Of a stretch of 64,000 nucleotides of DNA, positions 53,980-64,000 are shown one piece after another. The notes under the pieces were generated by a model. That model had not been told where the DNA came from. It saw nothing but the letters and a program-made list of their open reading frames with translations, and did not search any database. A program made the translations under genes and the position numbers. Position 1 is the first letter of the stretch, and every line of letters begins with the position of its first letter. The stretch is from NCBI RefSeq assembly GCF_009914755.1, contig NC_060925.1. One strand, given 5' to 3'. The stretch is from the human T2T-CHM13v2.0 reference genome, Homo sapiens.

Positions 53980-54200
53980 GTTAATAACTGCGACTTGCTG
54001 AGTGCCTACTATGTGCCTAGCACTATATATTCCTGTGATCCTTATAGCAACCACGTGAAATCAGTGTTAGTATTGCCACTTTACAGATGCAGAAACTGAG
54101 ACTCAGAGAGGTTAACTCCCCATCCTGAAGCCACATAGCTAGGAAACTGAAAAACTCAGATTTCAACCCATGTCTTGCTGACTGCAAACTTGCACACACT
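53980..54200 (-). mobile_element. MIR
   Basis: gagtgcctactatgtgcct...ttacagatgcagaaactgagactcagagaggttaa. Confidence 0.9.
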
Positions 54201-54284
54201 GTTGTTCTTTCAGATAATAGTTCAAAAGTGAAATAACAAGAGTCCTAGAAAAAGGCTGACTCCAGTCTGGGATTGTCTGGGCAT

Positions 54285-54727
54285 TGTAGCAGCTTCTATT
54301 CTTTGTTGGTAATTGTCTGTTCCCTAGCTTCCCTGTAAGCCGCCCTACTTCCTGCTCCTTTGATGTTGGGCTGAGCCACGTGACTTGCTTTACCCAGTGG
54401 TGTCCCACTGGGGGGACTCACTCCACATCTGAGCAGAGCCTTTCAATGTGCTTTCTGGTTGAGCTCTTTCTCCCTTGAGCTTCTGCCCTCTGCCACAAGA
54501 ACAGCATGCTGCATATGTGGGCTGCCCCTTCAGCTGGGGTCCTGGAATAAGAGAAGACCCATGGTGCTGAGCCAGGCCCAGCAGATCCCAGAAGAACCAA
54601 GGACAGCTCCTGCTGACCAGCAGCTCTCACATAATGGGAGCAGGAAATAAAGGCTCACTGTTGTAAGGCATTGAGATTTGGCAGGAGTGGGTGGAGGTTG
54701 TTGCCACAGGAAACGCTGGCTAATGCA
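54285..54727 (+). mobile_element. MLT1I-like solo LTR
   Basis: tgatgttgggctgagccacgtgacttgcttt, gctgccccttcagc...ggtcctggaat, aaataaa...ttgtaaggcattgagattt. Confidence 0.75.
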
Positions 54728-55674
54728 GACATGGTCCCAGAGGCAGGAGATAGACCAGGCCTTCTCCACTCTGATGGAACAGAAGCAGGAAAGGATAATA
54801 TGAGCTTGCTGCATTGCAAAATAGTAATGCATTTGGCTGTAAAGGTGGGCTTTCTACTGCCCAATGCATTTTTATACATAATTGATGATCAATATATATT
54901 CTCTAAATTGAAATCAGAATAATGAAGCCACAGAGGACTCAGGAGTGAAAGGAGGGAGAAAGTGGCCAAGGTCTTTTGAGTTTTTCTTCCCTGTTGGGTG
55001 GTTCCAGCAGATGCAGAGAACAAGCTGAAGTCAAAAGTGTAGTAGAATGAATCTGTAGACAGGGATTTCCTGAAGGGAGAAAAGAGGGAGAAGCCACCAG
55101 CACCCGTGCAGTCCTATAGATGTGGCTCCCGTGGTGTTCTGAAAGGTCTTAGGGTAAATGGGACCTTGCCAAGTGACAGATAAGTGTGAAGCTCCCAGTT
55201 ACCCAGCAAGAGCAGAAGCCAAACGCAGGTCCCCTGAAGTCTGGCTTGGGACCCCTTTCACCAAGACAAAGTGACCAGCAAATACAGCATTTGACTAAAA
55301 CTTGGACATTTAGCAGAGGAAGGGGTGGCACAAATCAGCCTTATGGAGACCTCTGTGTGCACTGGGTGCTGGAGTGATTCCTTTTACACTGTATTGTGCA
55401 CACGGTGCTCAGCAGAGTCTTTTGAGATTGAGCTGATGGTGCCAAGGAAGGTAACTGGTGCCCAATCTCATGCCCAAGGCCACCCTGGAGCTCTCCACAA
55501 CCCCGTATGTTTCTGCCCTTCACACTTCCAGGGATAGGTGGCTCCAGCCTTCAGAGAGTGTGGTCTCTGAGAGGGAGAGGAGAGGAAGGAAATGCTGGGG
55601 CCACTTCATTAGGCTTCTCTTATTGGTCTTTGGCCAGCCGAGATCCAGGAAAAGGCTGCAACACCGGCTGAGGT

Positions 55675-55688
55675 GTTTCCATGGCAAC
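55675..55688. promoter_or_regulatory. RFX X-box
   Basis: GTTTCCATGGCAAC, near-perfect palindromic RFX consensus. Confidence 0.45.
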
Positions 55689-55724
55689 AGCGGGCAGCAC
55701 GCTCTTCAGGCATCAGTTAGTGCA

Positions 55725-56037
55725 GGCAGAGGGGAGAAGGGGTTGGGGGGATGGGAGGGGCAATGCAGGAGGAGGAGGGAGTGGGGGAGAAATCAGGAGG
55801 GGGGAAAGAAAGGAAGATGGAAGGGAGAGAGTAAAAGAAGGAAAGGGAGAGGAAAACTCAGTGGAAGGGGAGGGGGAACAAAAGGACAAGGGGGAGGAAA
55901 GCAGAAGGCAGAGGAAGGGGAGAAGGAAGGCAGGAAGAGGGAAAGAGATGAGAGAGGAATCAGAGGAGGCATGGGGAGAGGAAGAAATGGAAGGAAGGGA
56001 GCAAGAGGAATAAGGAAGGAGAAAAGCAAAAGGAGAA
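55725..56037 (+). repeat. GA-rich low-complexity purine tract
   Basis: Seen directly. Confidence 0.9.
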
Positions 56038-56075
56038 CCACTTGTACCCTACTTCACGCTCCAGAGGCAAGAGTG

Positions 56076-56147
56076 CCCATGCCTAGCTGACTGCAAACTT
56101 GCACACACTGTTGTTCTTTCAGATAATAGTTCATTTCAGATAATAGT
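56076..56147 (+). repeat. 58-bp copy of 54167-54224 plus a 14-bp re-copy near its end
   Basis: 48-bp exact core; tttcagataatagt repeated at 56134-56147. Confidence 0.95.
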
Positions 56148-56410
56148 CCCTTGCTTGGGACACCAAGAGTCACCTTCCCACCCCCATTCCCCCACCCCCC
56201 AACACACACTGCTCCACCAGCAGCCCCAGAAGAAAGACCTGGGCTCCAGCCAAGCTTTACCTTTTAGGAGTTATGAGGTGGAACAGCAAGAAGTTTCAAG
56301 AATGAGTTTTGGTATCTGACAGATTCTGCCTCTAGCCACCTGAGCTTGGGCAAATCACTTAACTTCTCCAAACTTTAGTTTTCTCATCTAAAAATAAGTG
56401 GACCCAGGGA

Positions 56411-57278
56411 TGCAGCTTTATTTCAGGGTTCTCTAACCTGTTCCATTAGTCTATGTCTGTTTTTGTACCAGTACCATGCTGTGTTGGTTACCGTAGCTTA
56501 GCAGTATAGTTTGAAGTCGGGTTATGTGATGCCTCTGACTTTGTTCTTTTTGCTTAGGATCGCTTTGGCTATTCGAGCCCTTTTTTGGTTCCATATGAAT
56601 TTTATAATAGTGTAAAAATGACACTGGTATAATAGCTTGATAGGAATATTACCAAATCTGTAGATTGCTTTGAGCAATATGGACATTTTAATGATATTGA
56701 TTCTTCTGATCCATGAGCATGGAATGTTTTTCCATTTGTTTGTGTGATCTATGATTTCTTTCAGCAGTGTTTTGTGGTTCTCCTTGTAGAGATCATCGCA
56801 GCACTATTTACAACAGCAAAGACATGAAATCAACCTAGGTGCCCACTAACAGTGGGTTGGATTAGGAAAATGTGGCAAATATACACCATGGAATACCACA
56901 CAGCCCTAAAAAAGAATGCAGTCATGTCCTCTGCAGCAACATGGATGGAGCTGGAGACCATTAAACTGAGTGGATTAATGCAGAAACAGAAAACCAAATA
57001 CCAACACTTCATGTTCTCATTCATAAGTGGGAGCTAAACATTAGATACACAGGGTCATACATACAGGAACAATTAACACTGGAGACTACAAGAGAAGGGT
57101 GGGAGACAGGGAGAAAGGGTTTGAAAAACTAATTATTGGGTATGATGTTCACTACCTGGGCAATGTTGAGTTGTACCCCAAACCTAAGCATCCTACAATA
57201 TACCCTTGTAACAAGCCTGAATATGTACCCTTGAATCTAAAATACAAGTTGAAATTAATAAAAATAAATAAATAAATA
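56411..57278 (+). mobile_element. L1PB (PB4-like) with 5' inversion (56411-56794 antisense, 56795-57278 sense), inserted in a MIR
   Basis: Antisense ORF2 tttttgtaccagtaccatgc joined at gagatc|atcgcagcactatt to sense 3' end and A-tail; flanking taagtgga / taaatgga. Confidence 0.88.
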
Positions 57279-57404
57279 TATTTTTAAATGGAGAAAATAG
57301 CTATCACGCAATTGTGTAACTAAATGAGATGATAAATGTAAGGGCCTTAGCATGATGTCTGTCACATGGCAAGCCCTTAATTTAAAATTTTTATTTTTTT
57401 TTAA

Positions 57405-57850
57405 TGTGTGATTTGGTCATCATTTAACCTCTCCAAGCTTCCATTTCCTCGTCTGTAAAACAGAGATATCCCCACCTCCGAGGATTTTTTAAATTATTAT
57501 TATAAGTATTCAATAATTGCTAGCTATAAAAAATTTACCTCAATAATAAGAATAAACTTTATTTAGTACGTGATACTCTTTTCAAAGCACATTCTCCATC
57601 ATCACTTCATTTGACACCTAAAGCAATTGTGTGCAGCAGACAAGGCAGTATTATTTTCCTTATTGTACTTGTGGTTTAGCTTTCAGCCCTGTGCTGAGAG
57701 CTTCACATCCATTTACCTCATCAAGTTCTGAAAACAACCTTCAACCTAGGTTTCATCCTTATTCCACAGCTGAGAAAGCCCAGGCACCAAGAGGTGAAGG
57801 GATCTGCCTGCTACTTGCTAGTAGGTGCTGGAACATGGATGCAGGACGGC
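57405..57850. mobile_element. MIR fragments on both strands
   Basis: tttaacctctccaagcttccatttcctcgtctgtaaaa; catttgacacct...; acagctgagaaagcccagg. Confidence 0.65.
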
Positions 57851-58318
57851 AGGTGGAGGTAGCACCACTAATATGATTCAACTCATTTTTTCCCCCAAAC
57901 CAACACTTCTGATTTGTGCTGTGACTTGCTCAGAATAAAGGGAAGAAGCCTTGAAACTTTGAGGAACCTCAACCACGTAAGACAATGCCCAGGACAGGCA
58001 CGGCCAACCCTAGCCACTGGGCAGACTTCTTGGGGTTGCCTGACTCAGGGATCCCCAACAATTCAGTCCAGAGCCCAGAACGGAGTGAACACACTGAAAG
58101 AAAAAAATCACAGACTGAAGTCGCCAGTCCAGGCCAGACAAGCAACAGCAAATCTTTCTCTATGGGTCCGCAAAGGGCCTCACCCAGGGCCACAGAAGGA
58201 GGAAACCAGGCAAGCTAGATTTGTGTTCCTGTTTTGTTTTTCAAAGAGGCAGATTGAAGATACTCCACTCCTCTTCTGATAAAACTTAAAATATCTTTGA
58301 GTTTGTTTTAAGAAATTA

Positions 58319-58748
58319 TGTGTGTGTGTGTGTGTGTGATTTTGAGAGACAGAAAGAGAGCGAGAGTGAAACTGGGGACAAGAGAGAAAAGGAATGAGGA
58401 GGATGAAGAACAGAAGTAGAGAGAGACACACACCATAGAAAGACAGAAAGCAGATGGCAAAAGACACAAGAAGGGAGGAAGACGATGCCAGAGGACAAGG
58501 GAAAGAAAAAAAAGAGATGCAGAAAAGAAGCAGCGGGCAGATGAATAGACAGACAGGAAAGCTTCAGAGACAGACGGGGAGGGAAGCAGGGAAACGCAAT
58601 GGTAAAAAGGCAGAGACAGCAGAAAGCAACGAATGAAACCTCCTTTCCCTGTTGTCAAAGAGAAATAACATGTGAACTCCATGAGTGAGGAGATACACAT
58701 GGCTATGAAAATGCAACATTGGCATTTGCAAAGCTAGAAAAAGAAACC

Positions 58749-58779
<31 letters not shown>

Positions 58780-58780
58780 T
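58319..58780 (+). repeat. (TG)10, GA-rich tract and (CT)n
   Basis: (TG)10 at 58319-58338; purine-rich to about 58630; (CT)n at 58748-58779. Confidence 0.85.
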
Positions 58781-59271
58781 TCCACCTTCCTGCTCTTCTA
58801 CTCCTTTTGGGGAGGGAAGGCTGAATCAGCTCTCTACAGTCTAAAAAGACTGTGCTCAGCCAGCATTGTTTGTGATAAAGGTGTTCTAAATCAGAGCTAA
58901 AATTTGGCAGCACAAATGTTCTAGAAATCCTCATCTCATTGTGAAAGTAAAGAAACCTTAATTTTATATTCTGAGAATTGGAATCATCCCATCTCATCTC
59001 TCAAGGAAAAGGGTTTTTTATATTCACAAAACACTCCTATGCTACTAACCATTTAAAATATCAGTGTATTTTTACCATGGTGGCCCTGCTTCTGCTATGA
59101 CCTCAGTTGGGGGTGGATTCCATGTTTATTCAATAGGCATTAATTAGAAACCTCCCAGGTGCAGGACCTGGACTGAGCTGAGCGGAATGCTCTGTGGAAA
59201 CAGTAGGCCTTGTGTTGGCTACATGTTGTGTAACCATATCCTAGGCAAGGGTTGGATCGATATCCCACCTC

Positions 59272-59363
59272 GCAGCACACCAACATGGCACATGTATACA
59301 TATGTAACAGACCTGCACGTTGTGCACATGTACCCTAAAACTTAAAGTATAATAATAAAAAAA
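59272..59363 (+). mobile_element. L1PA (PA3-5-like) extreme 3' fragment, 92 bp
   Basis: gcagcacaccaacatggcacatgtatac...taccctaaaacttaaagtataataat + A-tail; exact TSD atcccacctc (59262-59271 / 59364-59373). Confidence 0.95.
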
Positions 59364-59699
59364 ATCCCACCTCTCTCCAGAGAACTTGCCCCAACGCAGC
59401 CTTGCTTGTGTTCTCTAATTGTCCCTAAGGTCAGCCTGAGAGGTAAGCTCCTTCAGGGTAAAATGGGGCCTGGACCCAGGGCAAGCCTGTCCACTTGTCC
59501 TGATTCTTCAGTCAGTGGTAAAAGCAGGCATACTCTGAGGCCCTGGCACAAGCTCTGTTATTGTGCCCAGTTCTGCTGGGGTCAAAGTGGCTGTAGCAGA
59601 TAGGGGGAGGGAAGAACAATTTCTGGAAGGAGGCTTAATCTGCATTGACACTGCACAGAGTGCTTTAACTTCACAGAGGTCACCAAAGGTGCCCCTCCC

Positions 59700-60093
59700 A
59701 CCCTGGAGGTCCTCTGCATTCAGTGCCCTTATACACAGCTCTGGCTTCCTGAACCTTTCTGCCCAAAGACGTGCTCTGGAGACTGGAGAGAAAACGCCTG
59801 GGAGAGAAACCCCTAAGCAATGAAACACAGAAGTGGATGAATAAATAACCCAGCTTCATCAACCCTCACTTGGAAAATTCCATAGTAGGTTCTACATAGT
59901 TTCTCAGAGAGTCCCCAGTAAGACAGAGCCATGTTCCCCACAGTGTAACCTCCTCCTCAAGGCACCACCCTTTATGACTTTTGCTTCTTCCATTGTCTCT
60001 TTCTTTCACTTCTTCACCATCCTAGTTGGTATCAAAACAAAATAAAATTCTTGGACCTAAATCCTTGTTTCAGAAGGAGCCCAAACCAAGGCA
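59700..60093 (+). mobile_element. LTR16-like solo LTR
   Basis: ataaataacccagcttc, gttctacatagtttctcagagagtccccag, aatccttgtttcag...cccaaaccaaggca. Confidence 0.7.
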
Positions 60094-60104
60094 CCCTTAC
60101 CTTA

Positions 60105-60600
60105 GCTCATTTGGCCCTCACAGCAGCCCTTTAGAGGTAAGTTTCATTACTCTTATTCTCAATGAATGAGAATTCGTTCTTCAAGCACCTACTCTGTGAA
60201 GGACTGGGCACTGGGAATACATCCATGGCCCCTTCCATGTAAGGAAGAGTTTATATTCTAGACTGAAGGAAGATGCTAAGCAATAATCACATAAATAAAT
60301 AATAAAGTTATTATTGTGGCAATTGCTGTAAGTGAAAGGTACCTGGGGCTTTCAGTATGTAAAATAGGCAAATATGACCCAGTCGAGGGGGTCAGGGAAA
60401 TGACACTTCAGTTTAGATCAGAAGAAAGGGTGGAATATAACTATGGAAGATGGAAAGGAAAAATATTTAGCAATAAGAACAATTTGAATAATAATGAAAC
60501 TAGGGCAAACAGAGATTAAGGTTACACACATACTAAGTGGTTGAAAGAGGGTTTGATTTCAGATTTTCCTGACTCTAGTGTCCAAGCTCTTTATGTTATA
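60105..60600 (-). mobile_element. MIR and L2 fragments (L2 about 60165-60480)
   Basis: gcacctactctgtg...ctgggaataca; gggggtcagggaa; tttgatttcagattttcctgactc. Confidence 0.6.
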
Positions 60601-61298
60601 CTCAACAGTTGGAATGGAGATGGTTGTGTAGGAGTAGAGGGTGACTTGTTACTCTCACTATTCATATTATGAAAGGATTAACAACAAGATTCCTGTAAAT
60701 AGAAAACTCCTATAGGGCATTTAACAACTAAGTCAATCACAAAAGAAATCACAAATAGCAAATTCTGTAAAATTTGCAAATTTATATAAATGCATCTGTT
60801 AGGTATGAAGAGGGAGTAGCTGAAACTGTGCAAAGTGGATGTTCTGAAATGACTGAGAGGTTAGACATCTTCCCGAGCCCATTTCATGGCATCTAGCGAC
60901 AAGGTAGCATCAGTCTTTGCATGAAGATCTGGGCAGAAGAGTGGTGTTTTCTTACATAACTGATACATAGGAAGTGAGTGATCTCTGGGTGTCCAGGGTC
61001 ATAGGTCTTCCTTCCATCTCTAAGCAGAGACTCAAAAAGGGAATATAATACTTTGCAATGGGGAGAGAGGGACAGTCATTTTTCTTTCTGGTTAGTATGT
61101 AAAAGACCTATATTCCCATGATAACAAGAAAAAAAACAAACAAATAACAAATTATGCAACTATCAAAGAGCAGTAGATGCAAGGAAGTCTTGATAAACTG
61201 AATTCCAGAGAGGAGTAAGTCCTTCATAGGTGAGCAGAAAGTAATGGTGGCTTCCATACCTGAAAGCAAAGACCACATCTTGATGAAAGTGGATGGAG

Positions 61299-61460
61299 CC
61301 GGCACAGTGGCCCACACCTGTAATCTCAGCAACTCACATGGCTTAGGCAGGTGAATCTCTCTAGCCTAGGAGTTACAAGGTGCATTGAGCTATGATTGAG
61401 CCACTGCACTCTAGCCTGGTTGACAGAGCAAGACCCTAACTCTATTTTTTATAAAAGAAA
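61299..61460 (+). mobile_element. FRAM-like Alu monomer
   Basis: Single right-type monomer (gagctatgattgagccactgcactct); exact 14-bp TSD gaaagtggatggag (61285-61298 / 61461-61474). Confidence 0.88.
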
Positions 61461-62179
61461 GAAAGTGGATGGAGAATCAGGTCTGCCATAGACAGAGAGA
61501 ATTTTTAAGAGTAGGAGAAACCAGCCAAGATTCAAATGTCAATGTGATAAGGCAGGAAATATTGGAATCTAGAGGAGTTCCAAACCAAAGATAAATCACT
61601 TGGCCACATTCTGAAATTTTGCTGAATAGTTAGCAGAGGAAATACAGCTGGAAAGTAGAGAAGTTTGTGAAGACTTGTGATTCTTGAACTTTGGGGCCGT
61701 GCTGGAGGATAATTCCTGGTCAAATCATCAAGTATCAAAGAGATCACTCCCTTGGAAGGTAACAAATTCAGATAAAAGGCAAAGAGACGTTCTGGGTCCT
61801 ATTTGAAACCAGAAGTGAACTCAATATAATTAAAGCTGTGTCCTGGCTTCAGCTGAATTTAATTCTTAATGAAATATGAATTTCACCTGACAGAGAAAAT
61901 GACTTGTGCCCTCTGCAAAATTATTTCATTAATTTAATCAATCAATCCATCAAAAAACCCACAAAATGTATACTTAAACAGTAAAAAATTACAAGACATG
62001 AAAATGTGATCAACAATCAAGAGAAAAACAACCAATAGAAGGAGACTCACAGAATATCAATATATCACAGTTGTCAATCAAGTGTTAAAATAACTATTAT
62101 GAACACATCAGAAAATTTGCAGAAAAAAAGATGAATAGAATGCATGAAGTAAAATAAAACAGCAAGAAAGAAATAAAAA

Positions 62180-62421
62180 TTATTATTATTTTGAGACAGG
62201 ATCTCACTTTGTTGCCTAGGCTGGAGTCCAGTGGCAGGTTCATGGCTCACTGCAGCCTTCACCTCCCCAGGCTCGGGTGATCCTCCCACCTCAGCCTCCC
62301 GAGTAGCTGGGACTACAGGCATGTGCCATCATGCCCTGCTATTTTGTGTGTATGCCTGTGTGTGTGTGTGCATGTGTGTGTCTTTTGTAGAGACAGGGTT
62401 TTGCTGTGTTGCCCAGGATGG
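62180..62421 (-). mobile_element. AluJ, 5'-truncated, with (TG)n in the linker
   Basis: ggctcactgcagcc...gatcctcccacctcagcctcc; ends gcccaggatgg. Confidence 0.92.
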
Positions 62422-62870
62422 GTAAATTATTTAAACATTTAAAAGAACCAAATGAAAATTGGATATCTGAAAATTTACTTATTTGAAATTTAAAAGTTAA
62501 TTTACAGGCTTAACATCAGATTCAGCACAATGAAGAAAGGAATAGTAAACTTAAAATCAAGTCAGTTGAGATTATCCAAACTGAAACAGGGAAAGAAAAT
62601 GGCTGAACAGAACATCAGCTACATGTTAAGATAATATAAAATAATTTAACACATACATAAGTGTAGTCTCAGAAGGGGAGATGAAAAAGAACAGTTATTT
62701 TTTTAAATGTATGAAAAGGCATAATGTCTAAATTTTTTCAAATTTTATTTTGAAAAATTAACCCAGAGATCCAAGAAGCTCTGCAAATCCCAGACAGGAT
62801 GAATATAATAAAAACCACACCTAAGTATCTCACAGTGAAAAGAAAAAGAAAATATTTAAAGCAGCTAGAG

Positions 62871-62871
<1 letters not shown>

Positions 62872-62906
<35 letters not shown>
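62872..62906 (+). repeat. (AC)17 microsatellite
   Basis: Seen directly. Confidence 0.95.
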
Positions 62907-62907
<1 letters not shown>

Positions 62908-63189
62908 TTTTGCTGACTTTTCATCAGAAACAATGAAATCCAGAAGAAAATGGAATGACCTCTTTTAATTGCTACACAGGAGAAAAAAAGCAACAACAAC
63001 CTGTCAAACTAGAATAGTATACGTAGAGATAACATCCTCCAAAACTAAAGGTGAAATAAAGACATTTTTAAGAGCAATTATAACAGATAGAAATTTAAAA
63101 TTAAGAGTTTAGGAAAAACAAAATATGTGGATAAAGTTAAGATCCTGTTTTTTATTGTATTAATTTCTTTAAGCATTAATATAGGAGCT

Positions 63190-63388
63190 CTCTCTTCTGT
63201 CCATCCTTCATATATGCTGAGCTACCTGAAAAATACAACCAAGTTATTTTCCTATTTTAAACTCTTCTATGGTTCACTATCATCTACAAAATGAAGTCTT
63301 AAAGTCCTAAATTTTTACCATGAATTCAAAACCCTTCATTCTGAGCTTCATTTTATTTTTTCATACTCATCTCTGGCCACCACCTCTG

Positions 63389-63421
<33 letters not shown>

Positions 63422-63605
63422 CACACGTACACAGAACTTTCACCCTAGACAGACTAAAATATTTGAAATTACCTATCTATGCCAGGTTCCCCAGGCCACC
63501 AAGCCCTTGAATATGCTGTTCTCTATGTTTAGCATGCCCTATCACAATCTTTTAATTTGACACACTTCTGAACTTTCTGCAAAACAAAGCCAAAGGATCA
63601 CACTA
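63190..63605 (+). mobile_element. L2 fragment containing (AC)14 at 63391-63419
   Basis: aaactcttctatggttcactatcatctacaaaatgaagtc; tgctgttctctatg. Confidence 0.6.
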
Positions 63606-63607
63606 CA

Positions 63608-64000
63608 ATGGGGATTTGTCATTATTTGGGCTGATTAGATCTTTGAACATCTGTACTATGTTTGGAGAGTTACTCATCTTCTAAATCCTTTAGTAGAAGC
63701 CAGATTTTCCCCAGCCTCTCTTGCAGCTAAGATACTAAGATGTGACTGAGGCTTCAATAATCAGATACATCCAACTAGGCTTTGAATAAGAAGCTTGTGA
63801 CTTGTAGAATAAAGCATTGTGTAGAATTTAGTGGCAGCAACTAAATTCAATTGCAAAAGACATCAGCAGCAAGAAGCCTAATGGCAGTGTCTAATGCTTG
63901 GCATCAGCAGAGTTGGTCATGAGTGACTGCATCCACAACCAGTTGGACAGCCATGTGACGCAACTGAACTAGCTTTGCAGCACAATTTTGGGTGTTGCCT
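63608..64000 (+). mobile_element. LTR50-like (ERVL) LTR, runs off the window
   Basis: ctatgtttggagagtt, cccagcctctcttgcagcta, atcagat...ctttgaataagaagct, aattttgggtgttg. Confidence 0.7.

Larger units (their letters stand above)
61500..63075 (+). mobile_element. Old L1M (L1ME-type) 5' UTR and ORF1 remnant
   Basis: agatccaagaagctctgcaaatcccagacaggat, gacttttcatcagaaacaatgaaatccagaag, aaggtgaaataaagacatttt. Confidence 0.8.

Noticed and set aside
55458-56090. Longest ORF (210 aa, G/R/K/E-rich)
   Set aside because: Open only because the purine tract lacks T and so lacks stops; no domain.
47857-56147. Dispersed short direct repeats as a CRISPR-like array
   Set aside because: Primate DNA; only unrelated pairs, with no regular repeat-spacer period.
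56852-57037. ORF MGWIRKMWQIYTMEYH
   Set aside because: C-terminus of L1 ORF2 in a truncated copy, not a host gene.

Overview
Primate (probably human/ape) euchromatic non-coding DNA, intergenic or deep intronic. It is CpG-depleted with no CpG island. I can support no protein-coding exon, RNA gene or CRISPR array; the listed ORFs are repeat-derived, low-complexity or chance. The window is dense in interspersed repeats: about 11 Alu-family copies (FLAM, FRAM, AluJ, AluS), many MIR and L2 fragments, an L3/CR1, L1ME, L1PB and L1PA pieces, a near-complete HAL1, MaLR and ERVL solo LTRs (MLT1, MST, LTR16, LTR33, LTR50), and hAT fossils (MER5, MER97, MER102, a Charlie transposase remnant). A decayed two-LTR ERVL provirus (39.9-42.9 kb) still has readable gag and RT. 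The most unusual signal, which standard repeat annotation would not explain, is four short duplications copied from nearby sequence. These are a 3-donor mosaic splitting an LTR33 at 7146-7544, an inverted copy at 35.3/35.8 kb, a 60-bp copy at 47.9/48.8 kb, and a 58-bp copy with an iterated end at 54.2/56.1 kb. They resemble fossil scars of template-switch or polymerase-theta repair of different ages. Candidate regulatory motifs include a perfect SoxE dimer palindrome and a consensus RFX X-box. I found no evidence of a novel gene system. Repeat subfamily names come from recalled consensus sequences, and boundaries are approximate unless a TSD is given.
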